Below are positions 28,035 to 37,191 of a stretch of DNA of 64,000 bases, in pieces. Source of the stretch: Elusimicrobiota bacterium (GTDB taxonomy: Bacteria; Elusimicrobiota; Endomicrobiia; Endomicrobiales; JBDRNC01); contig JBDRNC010000038.1 in NCBI GenBank assembly GCA_043811535.1, positions 32,001 through 96,000 on the forward strand, given 5' to 3'. The translations under genes were made by a program, and so were the position numbers. Positions within the stretch are counted from its first letter, which is position 1. Each line of letters begins with the position of its first letter. The notes beneath the pieces were generated by a model that was not told the DNA's origin, searched no databases, and saw nothing but the letters and a program-made list of their open reading frames with translations.

Positions 28035-29048
28035 ATGGATAAGAAAATAAGGATCAAAGACATTGCCAAGGCCTTAAGGGTATCGCCTACCGCCGTATCC
28101 TTTGCGTTGAATAACAAAAGCGGCATAAGTCCGGAACTGAAAGAGAAGATCTTTGAGTACGCGACTCAGTCAGGATACATAAGGGGGATGAGCCCTTTGA
28201 AATCCGAATACATTGCTGAGATGTCCGCGGTTTCGGACAGTTCCATTCTTATACATGCCGGGATCACGGGTGTGCTGAAAAGGAACGGTTTCTTTGCCCT
28301 GCGCCATACTTTTTACGGCGATGAGTTGCTGGACGTCAGGAAACAGCAGATTGCTTTTGACAGAATATTGAGCGAAGACGGCATTAAGGGGCTGATTGTC
28401 GTCTTTTTGTCGCTGTCCGAGACGTTCCTTAATAAGATAAACAAGAAGAAGATCCCTATAGTGCAGATAAACGGGAACTCGCATATCGGCATCAATTTGA
28501 ACATAGACGAGGAACACGGCGGCTATATAGCCGCGAAACAACTCATAGAATACGGCCACAGGAAGATATGCTTCATATTCCCGGATTACTGGTATGACAA
28601 TATCTGGAACAGGAGAAAAGCCGGCTACAAAAAAGCCCTGGATGAAGCCGGAATAGAGTATGATGTCGATCTTATTGAACCGGAGAATCTGTTTACGGTG
28701 GAAAGCGCCGGGCGGGCCACAATGAACCTAATCAAGAGGAATACGGATATGACCGCTATCATATATGTAAGCGACAAGCAGGCGCTTGGCGGGATGAAGG
28801 TTATGGCTCAAAACGGGGTTAAGGTCCCGGATGATATCTCGGTAATAGGGTTTGACAATACTTACTTCTGCGATATATCCACTCCCACGCTGTCTTCCAT
28901 TGAAATGCAATTTGAAAAATGCGGGAGTATGGCGGCGGAATATTTAGTCAACGCGGTCAGGAAAAACTCAGTAAAGCACGAGACAACCATCCTGCGTCCC
29001 ACTTTGGTTCTCAGAGATTCCGTTAAAATTATCGGAAATATGAAATAG
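28035..29048 (+). CDS. LacI-family transcriptional regulator (paralog of 19892)
   Basis: IKDIAKALRVSPTAVSFALN; VPDDISVIGFDN; colinear similarity to 19892. Confidence 0.92.
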   Translation: MDKKIRIKDIAKALRVSPTAVSFALNNKSGISPELKEKIFEYATQSGYIRGMSPLKSEYIAEMSAVSDSSILIHAGITGVLKRNGFFALRHTFYGDELLDVRKQQIAFDRILSEDGIKGLIVVFLSLSETFLNKINKKKIPIVQINGNSHIGINLNIDEEHGGYIAAKQLIEYGHRKICFIFPDYWYDNIWNRRKAGYKKALDEAGIEYDVDLIEPENLFTVESAGRATMNLIKRNTDMTAIIYVSDKQALGGMKVMAQNGVKVPDDISVIGFDNTYFCDISTPTLSSIEMQFEKCGSMAAEYLVNAVRKNSVKHETTILRPTLVLRDSVKIIGNMK

Positions 29049-29071
29049 ATTAGGCCATTAAAGAGGTCATC

Positions 29072-29680
29072 GTGAACACAATCGGTAAACTGTGCGGTTT
29101 TGTTTTTATTTCATGCCTATTATTATCGTTAATGTCCGCGCGCAAACGCGCTGCCGATATGGAAGGCCTTCAGGATACGGCAGGAAATCCTTCCGGGGTA
29201 TCTGAAGGGCGGACGATGCTTTTTGACATGAGCAACACGGCCGGATGGCGCGTTTATAAGGACAAAAATGTCGCTGTGGAACTGAGTATACTGCAGGCTA
29301 AGGCCGGCAGGGCTCTTCAAGTGACGTATAACATGGGCGCCGGTATGTGGTTGGGGATAAAGAAGAAAGCGCCGATTGATCTTTCAAAATACGCGGGCGT
29401 ATCCTTCAAGTGCCGCGATGAAGGGGCGATCAACACCGTGGAAATTAAAGTTGAGGACAGCGACGGTTCTGTTTTTGGGACGGATGTCGTTTTTGAAAGC
29501 GGGATTAAGGATTTGAAGGAAGTGGAAATACCTTTTTCGTCGTTAGAATATTGGTGGGGAGGTGATGAAACGCTGGATCTAAAAAAAGCCACACTGCATT
29601 TTACCGTTTCAAAAAAAGACGATGAAGACGAAGGCGGGTACGGTATGCTCACTATAGGCCAGATTGAATTGTACAAATGA
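29072..29680 (+). CDS. Exported CBM11-like protein
   Basis: Signal peptide; DLSKYAGVSF, VEIKVED.DGS.F, VEIPFSSLEYWWG. Confidence 0.7.
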   Translation: MNTIGKLCGFVFISCLLLSLMSARKRAADMEGLQDTAGNPSGVSEGRTMLFDMSNTAGWRVYKDKNVAVELSILQAKAGRALQVTYNMGAGMWLGIKKKAPIDLSKYAGVSFKCRDEGAINTVEIKVEDSDGSVFGTDVVFESGIKDLKEVEIPFSSLEYWWGGDETLDLKKATLHFTVSKKDDEDEGGYGMLTIGQIELYK

Positions 29681-29748
29681 GACTACCTATAAGCGTATTA
29701 ATGAATCTCGCTCTTTGCAAGAGCAAATACTAACAAGGAGGATGTAAG

Positions 29749-30360
29749 ATGGTTAAATTAAGCAAGTTGTTCGGTTTTTTTATCGGTTTAGCTCTGCTTG
29801 TTTCTCTGGCGTCTGCGAAAGCCCCGGCTGCAAAACCTGCGGCGGCGACAACTAAATCTGCCGTTGCTGCCACCGTAATGCCTGAAAACGTAATTGATGA
29901 TATGAGCGCTGCTCCTGCGGGCTGGATAAAGGAAAGGGATAAGGGCACGACAATAACTCTCGCCGCCGGGAAAGGCCAGAAGGGAAAGGCTCTTGAAATA
30001 TCCTACAGCTTAGGTGACGAGGCAACCTGGTTAGGAGTCCGCAAAAAAATCAGGAGGGATATTTCGAAATACAAGGGAATAAGGTTCGCTGTCCGCGGCG
30101 AAGGATCGTCAAATTCAATTGAAGTCAAATTGGAGAATGCCGATTATTCCAATTTTGGGATAGTGCTTCCTGTCAAATCCAATACAAGCGAGTGGTCCGA
30201 CGTCGAGATTCCTTTCGCGGATTTTGAGTATCTTTGGGGCGACAGTAATGAGGTGAATTTGCTAAAGCCGTTGATACATATCACAATAGTCAAGAAGGAA
30301 TCGGATGACGAAGGGGGCGCCGGGAAATTCGTAATAGACCAGATCGAGCTGTACAAATAG
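29749..30360 (+). CDS. Exported CBM11-like protein
   Basis: AGGAGG RBS; Ala-rich linker; DISKYKGIRFAVRG, WSDVEIPFADFEYLWG. Confidence 0.7.
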   Translation: MVKLSKLFGFFIGLALLVSLASAKAPAAKPAAATTKSAVAATVMPENVIDDMSAAPAGWIKERDKGTTITLAAGKGQKGKALEISYSLGDEATWLGVRKKIRRDISKYKGIRFAVRGEGSSNSIEVKLENADYSNFGIVLPVKSNTSEWSDVEIPFADFEYLWGDSNEVNLLKPLIHITIVKKESDDEGGAGKFVIDQIELYK

Positions 30361-30377
30361 TTATTTGATTTTTGATA

Positions 30378-30530
30378 TGCGGTAAGTTACAGGCAAAATG
30401 GGCAGTCCCCACTTGCCTGTAACTTATCCCGCCACGCAGAAGACCACGGCCTTGGCCGTGGACGCTTACGCGTGCGGGATGTCGCCCCGCGATAGCGGTA
30501 GAGCTTTTGGCGCCACGGGCATGCCCGTGG
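30378..30530. repeat. Long stem-loop followed by a REP-like doublet
   Basis: GTAAGTTACAGGCAA..TTGCCTGTAACTTAT; CCACGGC-CTTG-GCCGTGG (30444-30461) and CCACGGGCATGCCCGTGG (30513-30530). Confidence 0.65.
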
Positions 30531-30599
30531 GGACTCCATGCGCTCTGACGCGTCGTTTATGAAAAATATCTGCAGAAGTTCCGCTAACGGGAAGGTAAA

Positions 30600-32687
30600 A
30601 TGAAAAATTGTATTTTGTGCCTGCTGGTTCCATGTATGCTCGTTTCAAGTATTGCTGTTGCGGCAATCAAGCAGGAGCTGTCGCAGGATGATCAGGCATA
30701 TCTCCTAGGTATCGCTAAAGATACCTGGGCTTCCATCGATTACCTTGTGGAACCGAAAACAGGTTTACCCTATGACATATCAAGGAAAAAACCCACATAT
30801 ACCTCGGTAAGCAACATAGGCATTTATCTGGCCGCGGTTTCAATCGCTGTGGAAATGAATTTCATCAACAGAAATGACGCGGTGCAGAGGGTTTCCAAGG
30901 CACTTGACAGCGTGGAAAAATTTCCCGTTTGGAACGGTTTCACCCAAAGCTGGCATGACGTTTTAACCCTTCAGCCAAACACGGAAGACACCTGGATATC
31001 GATACTTGATTCCGGTAATCTTGCCGCCGGCTTCATCGTTGCCCGCCAGGAATTCCCCGAGCTGAAAAACAGGATAAGCAAGCTTCTCGAAGCTATGGAC
31101 TGGTCCAAGGTATACAACGCCAAGAGACAGCTGATGATCGGCGGTTACGACATGAAAGCGGGCAAGCTGAACAATAACTGGTTGCTGAACGTGATGGGGA
31201 CGGATGCCCGCGCCGCGTTCATTACCGCGATCGGTTCCGGCAAGGTTCCGCCGGAGATGTGGAAAAAGATCTCAAAGGGGATGGAAATAAAGTACGGAGT
31301 CAAATATTACAAGCCGGGATGGATGGGCGGCGGGCTGTTCATGCAGTTGATAGACTCGTGTTTCTTTGATATGCGCTATACAGAGCTGTGGAAATCAGCC
31401 GCAGCGTTTACTTATGCCCAGATGTTCCATGCCAAGGTCATCAATTCGCCGATCTGGGGCTGGTCGGCCAGCGATTCGCCGAACGAAGGATACCTCGGTA
31501 TCAACAGACTGCGTGATTATGTAGCGACCCCGCATGCCTCAGTGCTTCCCATATCTATTTTTCCGGAAGAATCCGTTGCGAACCTGAAAAAACTTGAAGA
31601 ACTCGGCGCCAGGCAGGAATACGAAGCTGACGGAAAGAAGTATGCTTTTGGTTTCAGGGATTCTATAGATTTCGTTAAAGGGCAGCCGACAAATACTTAT
31701 TTGATACTCGATCAGGGTATGCTGTTTCTGAGCCTGTGCAATTACTTGAGCGGCGGCAAGATATGGGAACTGAGCAACCGCGACCCCATAATCAAGAACG
31801 CAAGAAAATTAATCCCCGATTTACGGCCAAACAAAAAGGATTATGAGGAATTCATTTCGAAACTTTATTCAAAGAATATGTATGTTTCCTGTAAATCAGT
31901 ATACTCAAATATGGAATACAGGGCGGGAGATACGGTGAAGTGCGATATATCGGTCATATGCGACGACCCTGATGTGTCAGGTGAATATAACGTAATGTGG
32001 AGGCTATTCTACAAAAAAACAGGGGAGAAACTGAAAAGCGGTTCAAAAACGATAAATATATCGAAGGGCACGAGACAGACAGTTGAAAGCTTTGAGATAA
32101 CGGTTGACGAGGGGGAGTATTTGCTTCAGGCGGTTATCAGGGGGAAGGACGGCTCCGAGCCGGCCAGAGACAAATATGAATTTCGCGTGTCATATTATCT
32201 TGAGCTGGCGGGGAAATGTTTTTTTAAGACAGGCGATGACATGGCATGGGCGAAATTCAAGTATGACGACGGCGAATGGGCTAAAATAGATGTTCCCGCA
32301 AGATGGGATGACCAGGGATACCCGAGCAAAGACAATAGTTATCAATGGTATAGAATTCACGCGTATATACCCGCTGAAGCAAAAGACCGGTGGAATGAGA
32401 GCGAGGTGTATTTTACCGCGGGAGGCATTGATGACGGCGAACAGGTCTATTACAACGGGGAGCTGATCGGCTCCACGGCATTCCCTCCGAATTTCAAGGA
32501 GGGATTCTGGGACAAGGAAAGGAACTACAAGATACCGGCGAAACTCATAAAATACGGCGGCGATAATGTAATTGCTGTCCGCGCGTACAACTACATAAGA
32601 GAAGGCGGGATATGGAAAGGGCCCGTCAGAATAATACATAAACAACTGGCAGGCAGTTCGGTAAGTTTTGCGGCGCCTTCCTGGTAG
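30600..32687 (+). CDS. Secreted glucoamylase-family (GH144-like) protein, paralog of 21788
   Basis: Same motifs and architecture (TSVSNIG, WISILDSGNL, WGWSAS, GGIWKGPVRIIHK). Confidence 0.7.
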   Translation: MKNCILCLLVPCMLVSSIAVAAIKQELSQDDQAYLLGIAKDTWASIDYLVEPKTGLPYDISRKKPTYTSVSNIGIYLAAVSIAVEMNFINRNDAVQRVSKALDSVEKFPVWNGFTQSWHDVLTLQPNTEDTWISILDSGNLAAGFIVARQEFPELKNRISKLLEAMDWSKVYNAKRQLMIGGYDMKAGKLNNNWLLNVMGTDARAAFITAIGSGKVPPEMWKKISKGMEIKYGVKYYKPGWMGGGLFMQLIDSCFFDMRYTELWKSAAAFTYAQMFHAKVINSPIWGWSASDSPNEGYLGINRLRDYVATPHASVLPISIFPEESVANLKKLEELGARQEYEADGKKYAFGFRDSIDFVKGQPTNTYLILDQGMLFLSLCNYLSGGKIWELSNRDPIIKNARKLIPDLRPNKKDYEEFISKLYSKNMYVSCKSVYSNMEYRAGDTVKCDISVICDDPDVSGEYNVMWRLFYKKTGEKLKSGSKTINISKGTRQTVESFEITVDEGEYLLQAVIRGKDGSEPARDKYEFRVSYYLELAGKCFFKTGDDMAWAKFKYDDGEWAKIDVPARWDDQGYPSKDNSYQWYRIHAYIPAEAKDRWNESEVYFTAGGIDDGEQVYYNGELIGSTAFPPNFKEGFWDKERNYKIPAKLIKYGGDNVIAVRAYNYIREGGIWKGPVRIIHKQLAGSSVSFAAPSW

Positions 32688-32714
32688 ATTACCGGCTTTT
32701 CCTATGCTTAATGG

Positions 32715-34418
32715 ATGCAATTAATGAATTCATGCTTGAGATTTGCGGCAGTTATCATATCCTTGTTGGCCTTTTCGGCGGCTTCCGCCGCGGATCTGAA
32801 CTGGGATAATCCGGCGCTGTGGGACACATCCGGCGAGATTGACGGTGTAAGCAGAATATCTTTGTCTCAGTTCAAAGAGAACGGGACGGAGGGCATCCGT
32901 GTTGATTATGAACTCCTTAAAGAGGAATACGGGTGGGTGGTAATGAGACTATCGCCTCCCGGAAAATGGGACCCGGGGGTGCCATTTGTTTTCAGCATAA
33001 AAGCCGATGCTTCTTGCGTGCTGGAAATAAAAATGATAGACAAAAGCGGCGCGAATTATGTTAAAAGGATACCGATAAAAGATAAGTATCGGGAATGGAC
33101 GGAAGTGGTCGTCTATTTTGATAATCTTGAATACGGGTGGGGCGGCGACGGAAAGTTCGTGAATTTAAAATATTTCGCGTTTGCCTTTTCCGGGCCGCCC
33201 GACAACGGGACTGTGTGGTTGAGCGGGGTAAAATATGGAAAAAAGGGAATAAAATCGTCCTTCGGGTCGCGCGGCGGGATGATACCGGATCCGAACAGAA
33301 ACCTGCCCGGATACGGCTTCAACCAGAGGCAGGACAGGAGACTTGCGCCGCAAAACCTGCGCGTGCTCGGGTGGCTGAAAAGGGTCCAGGATAAGGGCAC
33401 GCCGGATAAAAAGTTGATACCTTCGGCCGACATAGAGGACACACAGATACAGACGTTCAATAACGCGCTCGTCGCGATGGCGTTTATCGTAGAAGGAGAA
33501 CAGGAACGAGCCGAAAGAATACTCGATTTTTTCGCGAACGCGACAAAACCGGATAACGACGACCCGACGTTGCAAAACTTCTTTTATAAGGGAGAAGCGC
33601 GCGGATTTTTTCAGCAGGTCGTTGAAAACGCGGGAACATACCATGATGACGAAAACATTTCGAACCGGTGGATGGGCGATAATGCATGGCTGCTGATCGC
33701 CTACAGGTATTATGACAAAGAATACAATAATCATAGATACGACAAGATAGAGAAACTACTGAAGGAACTTCTGATATTCTGGTACAAACCCGCCAAGGTA
33801 GGCGGTTATATACAGCACGGTTGGAGGAGCGGCGACAGCAAACTGCATGAGGATTACGGACATGCGGAAGGCAATCTTGACGCATATGCGGCTCTGCGCC
33901 TTTGCGGAGAGAAAAAGATTTCAAAGAAGATTAGGAAGTGGCTTGACAACGAACTTGGCAGCAGAACCGGCCTTCCGCTTGACAACTATACCTGGCGCGT
34001 GCTTGCAAAGGGCAGGAACTACGGTTACCTGTTGAACTATGTCGACCATGATTTGCGATATCTTAAAACCATAGACCATTATGGGAATAAGGTTAAAGGC
34101 GTATGGCACAAGCCCGACGACACCGTGAATAATGTATGGGTTGACGGAGTCGGCCAGCTCGCCTGCGCGTTCTTTGTGTCCGGGGACTGGAAAAAGGGGA
34201 ATTTCTACGCCAACCAGATGGACGATTACCTGATCGATAGGGGTATTGACGATAAAGTGTATAAGGCGCTGCCATACACCCTTAACAAACAGGGGGGTAT
34301 AGACTGGGTAATACTCGACCGCGGCTTTGCTTCATGCGCGGCCTGGTACATCTTCGCAAAGAACAGGTTCAACCCGATGCGGCTGAATTACTATTATTAC
34401 GATAATCATGCGTGGTGA
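32715..34418 (+). CDS. Secreted protein: CBM11-like domain plus putative (alpha/alpha) glycosidase-like domain
   Basis: Signal peptide; N-domain similar to that of 52458 (NLEYGWGGD); helical C-domain with WMGDNAW and HAEGNLDAYA. Confidence 0.55.
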   Translation: MQLMNSCLRFAAVIISLLAFSAASAADLNWDNPALWDTSGEIDGVSRISLSQFKENGTEGIRVDYELLKEEYGWVVMRLSPPGKWDPGVPFVFSIKADASCVLEIKMIDKSGANYVKRIPIKDKYREWTEVVVYFDNLEYGWGGDGKFVNLKYFAFAFSGPPDNGTVWLSGVKYGKKGIKSSFGSRGGMIPDPNRNLPGYGFNQRQDRRLAPQNLRVLGWLKRVQDKGTPDKKLIPSADIEDTQIQTFNNALVAMAFIVEGEQERAERILDFFANATKPDNDDPTLQNFFYKGEARGFFQQVVENAGTYHDDENISNRWMGDNAWLLIAYRYYDKEYNNHRYDKIEKLLKELLIFWYKPAKVGGYIQHGWRSGDSKLHEDYGHAEGNLDAYAALRLCGEKKISKKIRKWLDNELGSRTGLPLDNYTWRVLAKGRNYGYLLNYVDHDLRYLKTIDHYGNKVKGVWHKPDDTVNNVWVDGVGQLACAFFVSGDWKKGNFYANQMDDYLIDRGIDDKVYKALPYTLNKQGGIDWVILDRGFASCAAWYIFAKNRFNPMRLNYYYYDNHAW

Positions 34419-35523
34419 ATCTGCAATAAGCACTGCTTTACGGGGCACCGGTTTAAAAGCAGTTGTCTGCATCCTTTTCTTTTCCTCCCTGATAAATTCC
34501 TTTTCAATATTGCGCGCGGATGATGATGAGGTTGTTACGATGGCTGCTTCAAGCGGATTTCAATCTGCGGGGCTTGCGATTGACGGGAAAATGAGCAGCC
34601 GCTGGGAGGCCCGGGATGAAGCCGACAACGTCTGGATAATGTTCGGGTTCAGGCATCCCAGAAAGATCAAAGATTTGATCATCTTTTGGGATAAAGGATC
34701 GGCCAAAATATACGATATTGAGATCTCCTCAAACGGAAGTGTTTGGACCCGGGCCGCTGAAATAAAAAATGGCATGAGCGTGGAATCTAAATACATTGTC
34801 CTGACCGGCGCAAAAGATGTAAAGAAAATCCGGATTAATTGCACAAAAAAAGTTTCTAAGCGTAATTATTCAATACGGGAAATCATATTCAATCCCAAGG
34901 CCATTGACGGCTTGTTGCCGGGGGTGGTAAACAGGAAGGTGAAATGCAAAGACGCACCGGACCAATCCTACGCGCTTTACTTGCCGAGTTGTTATGATCC
35001 GGCGAAAAAATCATGGCCCGTAGTTTATGGATTTTCACCGGATGCGATGGGGGAAGATCCCGTCAAATTGCTTAAAGATTCAGCTGAAAAACACGGTTTT
35101 ATCATCATAGGCTCAAATAATGCGAAAAATGGTCCGTGGGAAGATGTAAAGAGGGCGATCCGCGCAGTGGTCAAAGACAGCAAAAAAAGATTCAATATTA
35201 ACGAGACAGGATGTTATACCTGCGGTTTCTCTGGCGGCGCCAGAATGAGTTTTTTAATGTCGGCAATGTACCGCTCAATGATTGCCGGCGTTATCCCGTG
35301 CTGCGCGGGCTTCGATGACAAGGATTATACTCCGGAGCCGAATATGCGCATATACGGGTTGAGCGGGAAAAAAGATTTTAATAACGGTGAAATGCAAAAA
35401 GCGCTGCATTCTCTCGGGTGGCCGAATAATGATAAGATACAATTTGTTCAATTCAACGGCGGACATGAATGGCCTTCCAAGAAATCCTTGGAAAGCGCAA
35501 TGGACTGGATGTTCGCGAAATGA
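34408..35523 (+). CDS. CBM32 domain plus alpha/beta-hydrolase (carbohydrate esterase-like)
   Basis: AIDGKMSSRW; SYALYLP, GFSGG nucleophile elbow, FNGGHEWP. Confidence 0.7.
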   Translation: MRGESAISTALRGTGLKAVVCILFFSSLINSFSILRADDDEVVTMAASSGFQSAGLAIDGKMSSRWEARDEADNVWIMFGFRHPRKIKDLIIFWDKGSAKIYDIEISSNGSVWTRAAEIKNGMSVESKYIVLTGAKDVKKIRINCTKKVSKRNYSIREIIFNPKAIDGLLPGVVNRKVKCKDAPDQSYALYLPSCYDPAKKSWPVVYGFSPDAMGEDPVKLLKDSAEKHGFIIIGSNNAKNGPWEDVKRAIRAVVKDSKKRFNINETGCYTCGFSGGARMSFLMSAMYRSMIAGVIPCCAGFDDKDYTPEPNMRIYGLSGKKDFNNGEMQKALHSLGWPNNDKIQFVQFNGGHEWPSKKSLESAMDWMFAK

Positions 35524-35586
35524 CTGCGCATGGGGGAAAAGGAGTGGTGTGCTCCGCTTGGAAATCGTACCAGCCAAAGTAACAGT

Positions 35587-35818
35587 AAAATGCTATAATG
35601 TTTTTAGGTTTCCGTCGAGACCCTCCTACGCTGGACATATCGCAAATAGTCACAACTATTCGTTGTATTTGTGATATAGCTTCGGAAGGGCAGGCAGGTT
35701 CGAATGGCGTTTACCAGGGGACCCTTCATCTCAAGTGTTGAAAAATCAATCAGTATTTGCGATTTGACATAGACCCCTAAGGGGACATTCGAACCTCATC
35801 CATAAGGATGGGGTTTTT
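35587..35818 (+). repeat. Junction element copy 5 (left half with 74-bp insert; type C right half)
   Basis: Colinear with copy 3; terminator shows a compensatory change (CTCATCC/GGATGGG versus CTCTTCC/GGAAGGG). Confidence 0.9.
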
Positions 35819-35819
35819 C

Positions 35820-35888
35820 TCCGCCTTCACACATCGTATCTTCAATAAACGCAGCTATTCGCTGCATTGTAGATACAGTTACGGCGGA
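35820..35888 (+). repeat. Structured palindromic element (TATTC-loop family)
   Basis: TCCGCC..GTATCTTCAAT-AAAC-GCAGC-TATTC-GCTGC-ATTGTAGATAC..GGCGGA. Confidence 0.7.
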
Positions 35889-35939
35889 TTTCATGAAAGA
35901 ATAGAATCAACAAACTTTAATCATGAGTGGAATTCAATA

Positions 35940-35977
35940 TTGACAATCGTCTAATAATCGTCTATAATATGTCTAAT
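35940..35977 (+). promoter_or_regulatory. Promoter of fic with three 11-bp direct repeats
   Basis: TTGACA-17 bp-TATAAT; AATCGTCTAAT / AATCGTCTATA / ATATGTCTAAT at 35945-35977. Confidence 0.75.
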
Positions 35978-36071
35978 CCCGCAAAGGGCTGCGGGAGGTC
36001 GCATTACGAGCGTTGGCGAAGTCCCGTGAATTGGGATTTAACCCCCTATAGGGGATTCCCGAAGAGCTCCT

Positions 36072-37118
36072 CTGAAAAATAACCCGTTTAAACCGCGCTA
36101 TACTATAACCCCGAGACTACTTGACCTGATCAAACAAATCTCTGTACAGGTATCTGCGCTGAATGCCCGGCGTTTTCCGAAAGTCGTTCTTGCTGAATAT
36201 GAACGCCACGCCAGGGAGATGTCGTCATATTCCTCTACAAGCATAGAAGGCAACCCACTTCCTCTTGCCGAAGTGAAAAAGATTCTCAAGAACCATCCAA
36301 ATCACATATCTGACAGCCAGAAAGAGGTATTGAATTATAATAAAGCGCTTTTGTGGCTTAACAGTCAGATTGGCGAGAATAAAGGCGTAAAATTCGATGA
36401 GAAACTAATTCTTCTAATTCATCAATGCGTGATGAAAGGATTGCTTATAAATGCGAAATGCGGGTCTTTTAGGAAAGAACCGGTATTCGTCAATGATTCC
36501 GCGCAGCGCAAAACCGTTTATTGGGCCCCTGACCACCAGGTTGTTCAAGGATTGATTAACGAACTGATATATTTTATAAAGAATAATCTGAAGGACATGG
36601 ATCCGGTAATACTTTCCGGAATATTACATAAACAGTTTATCATAATACATCCTTTCATTGACGGCAACGGCAGGACCGTACGCCTTTTAACAAAAGTACT
36701 TCTGGCAGGTATGGGGCTGGATACCTTTAATTTGTTCAGCTTCGAGAATTATTATAACCGAAACGTTAGTAAGTACTTTGATAATGTGGGTGTGCGCGGT
36801 AATTATTATGATCTTGCCGGGAGTGTAGAATTTACTCCATGGCTTGAATATTTTGCGGAAGGTATACTTGACGAACTGTTCAGGGTCTCCAAGGAACTTG
36901 AAAAGGCCGTTGTAGACCCATCTACTGAACTGAAGGATCATCACAGGAAAATAATCGAGTATATAGAGAAAAATGGGTATATTTCAGACAGGGAATATTC
37001 AAAGATGACGGTCCGTGCGAAACCCACGAGAGCTCTGGATTTTGGAAAGTTGATAGAATTAGGACTGATAGAAAGAAAGGGGAAAGGGAAAGCCACTTTT
37101 TATAAGTTGAAGAAATGA
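36072..37118 (+). CDS. Fic-family protein (N-terminal inhibitory helix, C-terminal wHTH); start uncertain
   Basis: HPFIDGNGRTVR; SSTSIEGN; the frame extends upstream of ATG 36219 as NPFKPRYTITPRLL; CTG 36072 is the nearest possible start. Confidence 0.8.
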   Translation: MKNNPFKPRYTITPRLLDLIKQISVQVSALNARRFPKVVLAEYERHAREMSSYSSTSIEGNPLPLAEVKKILKNHPNHISDSQKEVLNYNKALLWLNSQIGENKGVKFDEKLILLIHQCVMKGLLINAKCGSFRKEPVFVNDSAQRKTVYWAPDHQVVQGLINELIYFIKNNLKDMDPVILSGILHKQFIIIHPFIDGNGRTVRLLTKVLLAGMGLDTFNLFSFENYYNRNVSKYFDNVGVRGNYYDLAGSVEFTPWLEYFAEGILDELFRVSKELEKAVVDPSTELKDHHRKIIEYIEKNGYISDREYSKMTVRAKPTRALDFGKLIELGLIERKGKGKATFYKLKK

Positions 37119-37121
37119 CCA

Positions 37122-37155
37122 AAAATGCTATAATGGATTCAGGTTTCCGTCGAGA
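37122..37155 (+). repeat. Junction element copy 6 (truncated left half)
   Basis: AAAATGCTATAATGGATTCAGGTTTCCGTCGAGA directly after the fic stop. Confidence 0.85.
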
Positions 37156-37191
37156 AAAGTATATATTCCTCATTTTCAGGAGAAAGATCCA

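Noticed and set aside
18121..35818. CRISPR or TIGR-like array built from the GTTCGAATGGCGTTTAC repeat
   Set aside because: Copies are kilobases apart, paired as inverted arms rather than direct repeats with uniform spacers; no cas or tas gene is visible.
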